From positions 36,199 through 100,198 of IMG/VR virus record IMGVR_UViG_2974732567_000001: a stretch of DNA of 64,000 nucleotides; one strand, 5' to 3'. Under the pieces are notes generated by a model that saw only the letters and a list, made by a program, of their open reading frames with translations, did no database searches and was not told the DNA's origin. Positions 1 through 11,900 of this stretch are shown here, one piece after another. Made by a program: the position numbers and the translations under genes. The stretch is from a virus (taxonomy: Duplodnaviria > Caudoviricetes). Numbering within the stretch: the stretch's first letter is position 1; every line of letters begins with the position of its first letter.

Positions 1-1
1 A

Positions 2-436
2 ACACAGATAGTTAGAGAAGGAGAACCAGAACTAGTAACTACAGTATATACTTATGAAGTAACTGTTACTTCTGATGTTATTGGTAGCTTTGATTCTAAT
101 ATGAAATACATCAAGATGTATTGTGCTACAGAGAATTATGTAAACGATTACATAGATGGAATAATCTACGATCCTAATACGTTATATGAAGCAGAGATAA
201 AGATGCTACATGGTTATTGTAGTACTTGTCTAGATGATAAGTAGATGCAAAAAATAATGATATTAGTGTTCAAAAGGCAGTTACTAGAATAGGCTATTGC
301 TACTTCTCATAATAAAGAAGCTATGCAATATTATTTAGATTTGGTACGCTTAATGGGCGTTAATGTTAATAAAAAATGTGATAATAATGGATGCTAGGAA
401 TGTAAAGTGTGCTTTAACGGGATGTGTTCCCTGTAA
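2..436 (+). CDS. Hypothetical virion-module protein, 5' partial (code 15), Cys-rich C-terminus
   Basis: Open from the window edge to TAA at 434-436 when three in-frame TAGs are read as Gln. Confidence 0.7.
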
Positions 437-647
437 TAAAAACTGCATCCAGCCTCTTAATCAATTCTTCTATATAACTGTAGATTATAAGGGAAATTTA
501 GTAATAATATCTGACTATGTTAAATACCCTGAAGTAGAAGTGGATCCAGCTGATCAATAGATTACGTTCCATGATAAAGAGGTTACGGATTTCAATAAAC
601 CTGATACTAAACTGTTTTACAATGGAATACACAAAATTACTTGGTAA
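387..647 (+). CDS. Small hypothetical protein, 86 aa (code 15)
   Basis: ATG 387, TAG 558-560 read through, TAA 645-647; overlaps both neighbours. Confidence 0.55.
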
Positions 648-1779
648 GGTAACCTTAACAACAGATGGTCTACACGATAGTGCTAGAACATATGATAGAC
701 TATGTTTAGTATATGACTCTGCATATAGATCCTTCATATCCATTAAAGAAGTACCAGCTAACATTAGTATTGACAATAAAACATATTGGCAACCATTAAG
801 TATAATTACAGCTGATAATGAGGATTTAATGGTAGATGAGAATCTACGTATTAAGTTTGCAAACAAAGAGTATAATCCTACACAAAATAGTGGTATGGGT
901 TATATTATACTACGCAAGAGAAAAGACAATATAATCACATAGGAAGACTTCAATTAGGCTAATACATTATATGTAGTAGAGTATGATTTCTATTTAGGTG
1001 ATGATACTATTACTATGCCAGAAGGATGTGCAATATACTTTAAAGGTGGTACTTTAAATGCTGGTACTATGGTAGGTACAGATACTATGGCATATGGTAC
1101 TATAAGTAATAAAGGAGATGCTACATTTGATGGTACTTGGTAGGAGTCAGGTACAGGAAGTGGAGGAGATCTTAGTGATTTAGAAGAAAGAGTAAAGAGA
1201 TTAGAAGAAGCTATGTTCCCGTATAAATTTACAGTTAGTGGAGGGGGAGTATATAAAAGAGGTACTACTACTTCGGTTACTGTTAAATGGTCATTTGTAT
1301 AGGGTACTACTCCAGCTACACCTGATACGTTGACTATTAATGGAGAAACAGTATCTACTTCATAGACTAGTAAAACATACTTAGATGTAGGTGTAGACAC
1401 TGACTATGTGATTAAAGCTACTAAGGATGGAATTGAATATACTGATACAGTTACAGCAAGATTTGTTAATCCATCATACTTTGGAGTAGTTCCTAGCAAC
1501 TTTGTACCTACAGAAGAGTTAGTTAAAGAACTTAGTAGTGGTGATATTATAAAGGATACCAAAACTTATTCTACTCCAACATTCACACAGAATGCTTAGA
1601 AGAACTGTTATGCATATCCGAAAGCATTTGGTATGCTAACTGATATTAGAGATATGAGTAATCAAAATTTGAATGGTTCTTATGTTTATACTGAAATAGC
1701 AATCAATGATGAGATGTATTACGTCTATGTTCTTAAGACACCATCTACAGTAACAAATTACAAAATAACATTTAATTAA
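622..1779 (+). CDS. Tail fibre adaptor/structural protein, 385 aa (code 15)
   Basis: Track ORFs 571..942 and 1408..1599 share a frame and are joined across TAGs only; TAA at 1777-1779; beta-rich C-terminal domain PSYFGV...YAYP. Confidence 0.75.
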
Positions 1780-1785
1780 AGATAT

Positions 1786-4515
1786 ATGATACAAATTATA
1801 GACAACTTTGAACATAGAAGTAAATTGCCTAACTTTACTAGAGACCAATTTACTACATTAGAGGACATGAAAAATGTTCGTGATGAGGATATCGACGAAG
1901 GACATATATCTTATTGCATATCCACTGATAAACACTATAAATTTAATGTTGGTAATGTTGCTGACGAACTCACAGGAAAGTGGCGAGAATTCAAAGGTGA
2001 AAAAGGAGATAAGGGAGAAGACGGTAAACCTGGTACAAGTGTTCCATCTAACCTTACTGCATTTGTCTTTAAGTCTAGCGAAAGCGAACCTAGCAAACCA
2101 GTGGGTGGTAGTTGGAACTTAGATACTAATATCTTTACTCCTCCAATAGGTTGGTATACAACAGATCAAGACATGGTCGGTACTATTTGGATGTCTTGGG
2201 CAGTATTTCAAACCGATGGTTCTATTTAGGGAGAATGGTCTACTCCGATAAGATTAACTGGAGAAAATGGTAAAGATGGACAAGATGGTAAATCCATAGA
2301 GTTCATATATAAAACATCTAATAGAACACCGACTAGTGCTGATAAACCTAGTAGCGTAAATGTAGATGGTAATGTACCAGAAGGATGGACTAATAACCCT
2401 ACCGGTATTACTGAAGGTACTCCATACGAATGGATGTGTAATAGAATCAAGACAGAAGACGTATGGTCAGATTGGAATGGACCTACAGTATGGGCTAAAT
2501 GGGGAGCTAATGGTAAAGATGGTGATGGAGTAGAATATATTTACAAAAGAACTATTACTAATGTTTCACCGGACAGACCTACTGAAGTAAGTCAAGAAGA
2601 TGAATTTGTTCCAGATGGTTGGACAGATGATCCTACAGGAGTTAATGAAGATAACATGTACGAATGGGTATGTGTTAGAAAGTATAGAGACGGATTCTGG
2701 GGAGAATTTAGTAATCCTGCTTTGTGGGCTAAATGGGGAGAGAAAGGTGAACCCGGTAAAGATGGAAATGATGGTACATCTGTTAATATTAAAGGAGAAT
2801 TAGAATCTACCACTGACCTACCAGAATCAGCACAACCAGGAGACGCATATGTAATAAATGGAGATCTTTATGTATGGGATGGTACAAAATGGAATAACAT
2901 TGGAGGAATAAAAGGTCCTGCAGGAGATTCAGCTTATGTGCACATAGCATTTGCAGATGGTGTAGAAACTGATGATGAAGGTATCGTAACTATAGTATAC
3001 GGTTTTACTACAACTGGTAGTGTTATAGGAAAAGCTTATATAGGTACTTATGCTGACCATACTGTAGCAGATTCGTAGGATCCACTAGCATACAAATGGT
3101 AGAAGAATAAAGGAGACAAAGGTGACACTGGAGAACCTGGAAAAGAAGGTCCTCAAGGAGTACAAGGTCCTGTAGGTCCAGATGGTAAGACTTATTACAC
3201 ATGGATTCGTTATGCAGAAGATTCAAATGGAACTGGTATAAGCAATAATCCCGATGGTAAATCTTACATCGGATTGGCATATAATAAAGAAACTGCTACG
3301 GAAAGTAATGATCCAGATGACTATACTTGGTCAAAGATAACTGGTGAAGATGGAGTACCGGGTCCTGCTGGTGAAGATGGAAAGACACTTTACACATGGA
3401 TCAAGTATGCAGATACAATGCCTACATCCTCATCTAGTACGATATACGATGTACCTAATGAGAGTACTAAATACATTGGTATAGCAGTAAATAAAGAAAC
3501 AGCATCCGAAGGTACTGATCCTATGGAGTATACTTGGAGTTTATTTAGAGGTGCTGATGGTACTAATGGAACAAATGGAAAAGACGGTAGAGATGGTAGA
3601 ATCACATATCCAGCAGGTATATATGACGCTACTGTAACATATACAGCCACTGATACTAAAGCACCATATGTGTTATATGGTGATACATATTATGTAATGA
3701 ATGTTACTACTAGTTGGACTGGTTCACAGAATGAAGGTAAAACTCCAGCAGATGATTATGAACAAAACGGTGAACATGCTACTTGGATACCTATGGAGAA
3801 ATTTGAAGCAGTATATGCTAAATTATTGATTGCAGATAATGGTACATTAGGTAAGTTCGTGTTTAATGGAAATTACATGTTTAGTCAAGAAGGTGTTAAT
3901 AGTGATGGAGATAGTTCTAATAATTATGAGGACTTCAATCCAGATAGCCCTGATTCAGGAAGTTTTTAGCCTAACTTCTATGTAAATGGACTTACAGGTA
4001 AAGTAGTTGCTAGGAATGCATATATAAAAGGTGCATACAAGGAACAAACTAAACTAGTAGATAATTCTAGTTATTCTTATGTAACACTAGGTGGAGGTAA
4101 TATAAGTGTAAATAGAAGTGTAGATGATATAATGGGGAGAGGTACACATCAACATATAAGTGTTGGTAGTGGTTGGATATACGATATTGCTAGTGCTGAA
4201 AAACAATGGTCGGCATATACTGTTACAAATATATCAGATACCCCTCTTTTGATAACAAATTACTTTTCCGGTTGTTTCAAAGCTTTTTGTTATCTTGGAG
4301 ATTTGTATTATGGAGTGATATTACCCTCTAAATACAGTTCTGTTACATTAACAAAGATAAGAGTACCGAATAATACTGCTATTGATTTCGATGGAATATC
4401 TAATGCTGGTTATGTAAATGAGTTAGTGTTGATAAGTCCAAATCAAAATAGGGTGGTTTCTATTGTAGATAATTGGACCGTGGGAAGGGTTACTTATAAA
4501 ATGTTACAACTCTAA
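1786..4515 (+). CDS. Collagen-repeat tail fibre protein, 909 aa (code 15)
   Basis: Four same-frame fragments joined at TAGs; Gly-X-Y runs (GEKGDKGEDGKPG); repeated YTWI.YA..../YIG.A.NK.TA.E..DP..YTW modules. Confidence 0.85.
2491..2740 (+). repeat. 16-bp direct repeat TGGGCTAAATGGGGAG (2491-2506, 2725-2740) marking an internal domain duplication
   Basis: Exact match; both copies encode WAKWG at the end of duplicated PEGWT/PDGWT modules. Confidence 0.8.
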
Positions 4516-5537
4516 TGAAAAATGCGATAGATAAGCAATTGAGATATTCTGTTAAAATAAATTACAGAGATGTTTTAGCATCTATCTGTGTAAATGAACT
4601 AACATCTTTACTTAGTAAAGTAGATTTCGTTCAAGATCGGTAGATGTTGAAAGCTATGATCTGTCATTGCGAAAGACAGATAGGGACCGACATTCCACTA
4701 GGATTTACTACTATATGTAATTTGTTCACTCCTTATACAGAACCTGAATGTTTACACGGTAGAGTAATATACAACCTATTCCAATTAGGAGGAGGTATAG
4801 AAGAAGCTCCGATTGATGGTAAGTAGTATGCTAGACAGAATGCTAAATGGAGTGAAGTTACAGGCGGAGGTGGAGGAGAAATAGAAACAAACACTCCTCT
4901 AGTTAAACCAATCATGACAGTATAGTGGACTAATAAAAGAACTGGTAATACTAGTAACTCACTAAACATTAATACTGAAATAGGGGATACCTATAAATGG
5001 AGTGGTAACTATATGTGGCAATCAAAGAAAAATTATAAAGATCCTGAAACTATGGAAAGTAATGTATTTAGTGAATTAACAGAAGATGGAATACAATCTC
5101 CTACAGTAGAGATGGAAACATTATCTAATGCTAATTACTATGTAACACTTAAAGCTCCTAAGACTGGTTATGAAGTAGTAGATGGACAGTTAGTACCAGC
5201 TACTGGAGATGACGAAGAAACAGTAAATAGTAAAATTACATTCCTATATCCTGCTTATTATGGAGTAGAAGGTAATATGAATAAACAATTAGTTTCTTCT
5301 AACAACATAACTATATCCAATATAACTACTAGTGGCAGTGAATATTTTGTGTACAAATATCCTAGTAATTTTCCTAAGCTGACTACTATTACTTAGAATG
5401 ATGCTTATAATGTTACACAAGCATTTAACTATAGTGAAGAATCATTCACAACTGATACAGGACTTAAATTAACAATGAGAGTATATACTTCTGCTAATCC
5501 AGGAGCGTTTACTAATGCTAAACTAAATTTTAAATGA
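4515..5537 (+). CDS. Tail fibre adaptor with foldon-like motif, 340 aa (code 15)
   Basis: TAATG coupling at 4513-4517; EEAPIDGK(Q)YARQNAKW resembles the fibritin foldon; C-terminal PAYYGV...YKYP domain resembles that of 622..1779. Confidence 0.75.
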
Positions 5538-8500
5538 CAGAGAGTATAATCACATTCCCGTCGAAGATTGGTAGTAATAACCCTAAAGCCTATGGAGCAG
5601 TTAATGCAACATAGGTTTCTGGGCATAAATAGGTTTTTACTACTAGTGATCTGTATACTATTTCTGATTCTATACTTAGCGAAAGTAAAGATAACACTAA
5701 TAATGATGCTATAGGTTAGAGGTGGTTCGTACAGAGTTCATAGGCTTATTACCAATTAATCAGCTGGGAAAATAGAAATAATAGTAGAGGTTGGTCAGTA
5801 GTGCAAGGCGGGAGTGGTGATGGAGGTACTAACATTGTTATATCAGATACTCCGCCTTTAGATACTAATGACATATGGGCCGATGACTCCGAGAAGTCAA
5901 TTCCTGAATATGTAAATGAAGATTTACAGAGCTTAATACAAGCTGTTAATACTATTCAATAGCAAATTAAAAAGTATGAATACGCATTTAACAATCAGTT
6001 GAGTTCAGGAGATTTCACTAATAATACAGCTGATGTAATTACTAGTGTAGACCCAGAATAGCCTGTAGAGTATACAGAAGAATAGAACCTAAAATATATA
6101 GGAACTAATACAGCTAGAGATCCAGAGTATCCAGCATACTCTGAAACAATGGTACCTAACCTTAAGCACTTATGTATTAAGGCAGGTAAATATACAGATT
6201 TACTAGCTAATCAAGATAAATTTTTAAATAGTGAATTATTGTGGTGTACCGATACCCAAAGGCTTTATATTAAAAGTGAAGGTAACCTTGTATGGATTAA
6301 CAAATCCGGAGGTGGTGGAGGTGAAGACCCAGACCCAGGAGACGAAGGCATGACTAAAGATGATTTAGATAAACTGGACTATATTGGATTTGTAGCTCCA
6401 AGTGGACAAACTTATCGTGTTAAGGTAAGTAACGATGGTAAACTTATTGTTTACATGAAAGAACTCGATACACCTCAAGCAGAACCAACTGGAGGACAAA
6501 CAGATCCTTCTACAGGTTGGGTGTATGTAACATCTCTGTATTTACAGAAATTGTACATTAATAGTTTGTATTGTGGTGGATTAACTGCAGACGAACACTC
6601 ATATAATTATTGCTCCCATAACTTTGTAGAACTATCCAATTTGACTGATGCTGATATCAATCTTAACGGTTTATCACTACAGTATTCTAGTGGTGGAACT
6701 AACTGGGAGGTTCTTCCTCTTGAAGGGCTAATTAAGAAAGGAGAAACGTTCCTCATTAGAGGAGCACAATGTTCAGTAATGGACGCGAATACTACTCGTA
6801 TTAAAGTAAATAGTTATGATATGGAGTGGTATGCTAAGGACGGAGGATTAATTAAGTTTGATAACACAAAAGCTAAATTCTACCTTACTTGGGGTGATAC
6901 TTCCTCTAGTGTAGCATCGCCATATAGTAATGTAGGAGGTAGTTATAAAGTTAGTAAAGGTTATATCGACTTAGTAGGATTGAATAAAGAGAATGCAGGA
7001 GATGCAGACACTATTGATGCTAAAGAGAATAGTCCTTATGCATATCTTAATTCTAATAGACTATTTACTAAGTATTATAGTATGGATCCAGTTAGTCAAG
7101 CAACTAAGGCTCTGAGTGCTAGAAATAACGCTAATGATTGGTATTTCGTAGATCTTACGAAAGATGTTATTCCTATGATAGAATCTTATACTCCTAAGGC
7201 TACTTATGAGCATAAAGACATATTCTACAATAAGACTAAATTAGACGATACTAAGCCTAATTATGTTACTTGTACTTTCGGTATTCAAGCTACTGCTCCT
7301 AATGCTACTAGATGTTTTAATTGGATATCTACCGAATATCACGATGAATTCCTATGGTATAAAAAGTCTACAGAGAGTGATTGGAATAAAGTAGAATCAT
7401 TTAAAAATGAAACTGGGAATAGGAAGTATTACAATAGAATTAGATCTGAATTTACTGACGGTACTGCATTTACTACTCATAAGGTTATAATCAAAAACCT
7501 TAGCGCAGGTACTTATGATTATAAAGTAGTAAGAGATGCTAATTATGAGAGTGATGTAATGCACTTTACAGTTAGAGAAGTAGGAGATGATTTCACTTTT
7601 GTTCAAGTATCAGATCAATAGGGATTCAGATGGGATGAGTATCAGATATGGAAATCATCAGCAGAATACATAGCAGAAAATGTACCAGAGATGGAATTTA
7701 CTGTTAATACTGGTGATATGACTCAAAATGGTAATCGTGTCAATGAGTGGATTGATTACTATACAGGTAGACAAGCTATGAGAGATTTCGAGGAAATGCC
7801 TGTTATCGGTAATAATGACCTGTGCCCTGCTAATATCTATCAGTTAGGTAATGGAGGCGATAGTTCAAAGATTAATCCTAAAAACCTATCATTCTTCTAT
7901 ACTTTTGAAATTGATGAAGAGAATCCACCTATATTCAATATTGAGGATAAAGAAGTGTTTATTGATTCTCTATATTCATTCAATTACGGTAATGTACACT
8001 TTATGGCTATCAATTCTGAAATTACAGATGGTACTGAAAAGAATGTATATGGACTGAGTACAAATGGTTTAGTATACTCTAATATGAAGACATGGTGTCA
8101 GAATGATATTAATAAGAATTCTGATAAAACATGGAAGATAGCATTTACTCATGAGTTACCATTTACTATTATTACCCAGAATGTGATCAGTAATTTCTAT
8201 TGGGATAACACAGAGAACAGTAAGATTGAAAGATCAGGTAGTCACTTGAACTATAATACTACAGCTGATAATAAGTACTGGTTTAGTAAATTCTGTCAGG
8301 AGAATGACATTAGATTGGCTATAGGTGGACACAAACATACCTATGCTGCTACATTCCCTTTAAAAGAAAATCCAGCTAGTACTATGAAACCTATTATCCA
8401 AGTAACCGAAGAAATGTTACAAGAATCGTTTGGTACTACTACTCTTGCTTCGGATGACTCTGATCCACAGTTAGAGGGTCAACTATTCCCATCTACATGG

Positions 8501-8914
8501 ATTGGTAATGATGCATATAAGACTCAAAAACACTTGTGTACATTTGAATTAGTAGAGAAGATAACAGCGCCTGTATATATTACTAATCAAGCTACAGGTT
8601 ATAAACACACTTCTAATAAAGAGTTGCCATCTCCATACACTCCTTGGGATCACTACTTCTTCCCAGCTACTATTACTCAAACTAGTCAAACGGATATTAC
8701 AGCTAAAGTAAATGCTGGGCAAAGATATCCTTTCTATACTATTTATAAGGTATCTGCGGATAATATTCAATGTACTACTAAAAAGATAAATTATCTATTT
8801 ACTTCTGCTGGTAAATATAATGTTAACATTCCTAGTAGTAGTAATCCTCCTGCAGCAATTGGTGGAAACGGAGAAATTAATAGTGGTAATGACATAATTG
8901 TTATAACAAAATGA
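5534..8914 (+). CDS. Lamin-tail-like + FN3 + calcineurin-like (purple acid phosphatase type) metallophosphoesterase, 1126 aa (code 15)
   Basis: ATGA coupling at both ends; LTD-like FVELSNLTDADINLNGLSLQY; FN3-like HKVIIKNLSAGTYDYKV; motifs SDQ(Q), TGDMTQNG, IGNND, THE, GGHKH. Confidence 0.85.
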
Positions 8915-11900
8915 ATTTAAAAAAGTATAATGAATCTACCGGCACTTGGGATATAATTTCTTCAGGTAATGCTTCTGGTATCATGGTTACTGACCCTCAC
9001 TTTTTAGAAGAGGGTCAAACCTTTAAATCCGTTAATCAGGTATTAGTGGATATGGACGATAAAGTAGAAGAGACTAAAAGAAATCTAAGCTGGGTCGTAT
9101 TAAATGGTACTATTGGTGGCGGAGGAAGCGGTGGTGGAACCACTGCTTCTATTAAGCTTACTGACAGTAGTATCGTTACTACTGAAGGCGTACATTATCT
9201 ATATTCTACTTCTACTAAGTTAACACTACATTATCTTATTAGTTCTACTAAACCTAATGAGAAGTATAACATATCTGTATCACTAGATGGTAATACTATT
9301 ATAAGTAATCAAGTAGGTTATTCTTCAGTATAGGGTACATTAGAAATTCCTAATATTGCTGAATTTTCTAGTTCAGCTAGTCACAGTATTGTTGTTACTG
9401 CTGAGAATACAGAAGGTATCTCAGTAAGCCCTTACTTACTTACTGTAGTAGAATCATCTATCAGTCTAGAATCTTCCGTAACTTCTGTAACTGCTACTAT
9501 AGGTTTACCATACAATATTACTTATAAAATAACTAATAAGGTATTAGGTTCTGAAACTTCTCTTATAGTTACTAATACAACTAATGGTATATCTAAGAGT
9601 TATTCTGTAGGAAAATTTACTTCAGTAGAACCTAAGTTATTAGATGTAAACTTCTTTGACTTATTCAATGGTGCTACTCCTACTGCTGGTAGTTCATATA
9701 CTATATCTGCGCAAGCTACTACTTCTGTAGATACTTAGGTAATTCAATCAGATACTGTTACTAATAAAGTAGTAGTAGAAGATGGACAAACACTAGTAGT
9801 ATTGGTAGATGGAATCACTACACAAGCTGATATAGAAGCAGGAACAGAACCAACAGAGTTCGCATAGTCTGGTAATATATCATTCTCATTTACTCCGTAC
9901 TTAGCAGGAGTATCAATTATATATTATGCTATCAGAATACAAAGAGGTACTATCACAACTGATATAGGTAACTTCGATGCTGATAGTAGTAATTTCAATT
10001 CTAACAGTTATGTGTTAAGAGGTAAAGCTCAAGTATTTAGTTGGTCTATTCCACAAGAAGAATCATACTTGGGAGACTATGTTATTACTTTAAGATGTTG
10101 GTCTGAAAAAGGTAGTCCTATAACTGATACTATCCTTAGATGTAATGTCATAGCTGCAGATCAAAGTTTGATTCCTACATAGAATCCAAACAATACTATG
10201 TACGCATAGTGGAATATAAAACAAGCTACATTCCCTCAAGAAACATCTGCTAAAATCTGGCCTAGTGTTGTATCTAACTTTATTATGCCAGGATAGCAAG
10301 AAGAACAATCTGTAACTACCAATTTAAATGTATATGATACTAATGGTATACTATCAGGTTTCTTGAATGAAAATGGATAGAGTAAATTAAGACTAGCCGG
10401 AGAAGCATATGGGGTAGTAGATTTACAACCATTCGCTGCATCTACTGCAGATAATACTAACTGGTCTAGACTAGGTTTTACTATATCTACTACATTTAAA
10501 ACAGACTTACATCCATACAATGATAGAAGTGTGTTCTTTATTGGAGATTACTCTTCAGATAATCAATTTCAAGAAGGTATTAAAGTAGACCTTGAAGATG
10601 TAGTTTGGAAGTATACAGACGGTGCTATTAAAGAAAGTATATCTTGTAAGATACAATAGAATACTGTAAATACTCTTGATTTTGTAGTAGATCAAAGTAA
10701 CAAGGAAGTAAAGATATTTGTCAATGGAGTATTAAATGTAGCCAGAGAGATTAAAGATAATTTCACATGGAGTAGTTCTAGTAAGATATATCTTGGGTGT
10801 ACTTACCAGAATGATAGACCTACTAATTTTAGTGATGTGGAATTCTATGAAATGAATTTATTCAGATCTCCACTAAATGATAAGCAAATAGTAATTAATG
10901 CTCTAAATGCTAGAGTAAGATCTACGCTTACTAGTACAGGTTCTGTAGACTTTACAGAGTATAATAACCTCAAATTAAAGAATTTCTTTAGCATTACAGA
11001 AAACAGTAATGCATCTACTTTATGGGACGATTCTACCGGTACTTATGCTAAGTTGAATTTTAATAGTTTGATAGGTGACGTAAATAGAAAACCACCATTG
11101 CCTGTAGCATTAATCAATTGCTCCAATTCAGGTTTTACTAAAGCTGTATACGAGGCAATTGGTCCTAATACTACATTGTATAATGGTTGTACATTCAGTT
11201 ACTTCGACCCAGATTCTACTAGTGGTTCAGCTGTATCTACTACAGATATGTCTATATAGATTCAGGGTACTTCATCTACAGGTTATAGAAGTAAGAACTT
11301 AGAGGTTGCTTTTAATAAAATACTAACAGACGATGAAGGAAAAAGCATAGGTCCAGAGTTATTCCAACCTAAAGCTACGTGGATGCCAGAGAATCAATTT
11401 ACTTTGAAAGCAGACGTAGTGGACAGTGCTCATGCTAATAATGCATCTATAGGTAAATGGATCAATGATAATGCAGATGTGTTATTCGATAAGACTCCTC
11501 CTATGCAAGAACTAGAAGCTAGACGACCTGTAGACTCTGTTACACCTAGTGAAGTACACAATGAAGTTACTATTAAGCATACTCTAGAAGGTTTTCCAAT
11601 CATTCTACTTATATAGTTTGATGGTACTAGTACTCAAGAAATGTTAGGTATATATTCATTTAACTTGGGTCGTGCTGCATACTACAACATGGGTATGAAG
11701 TTCTTAAAGAACTTTACTACTAAGATTAAGAATGTTACCGGAGAATATGTAGATCAACCTCTTCCTGCTTTCATTACTAAGTATGAAGCTTATAAGGTGG
11801 ATGAAAACTTCGGTAGTATAAATCAATAGTAGATTTACTCGTATGAATTCGGAGATAATGCAAACATAATAGAAACTCCAGAAGGTATACAACATACAGC

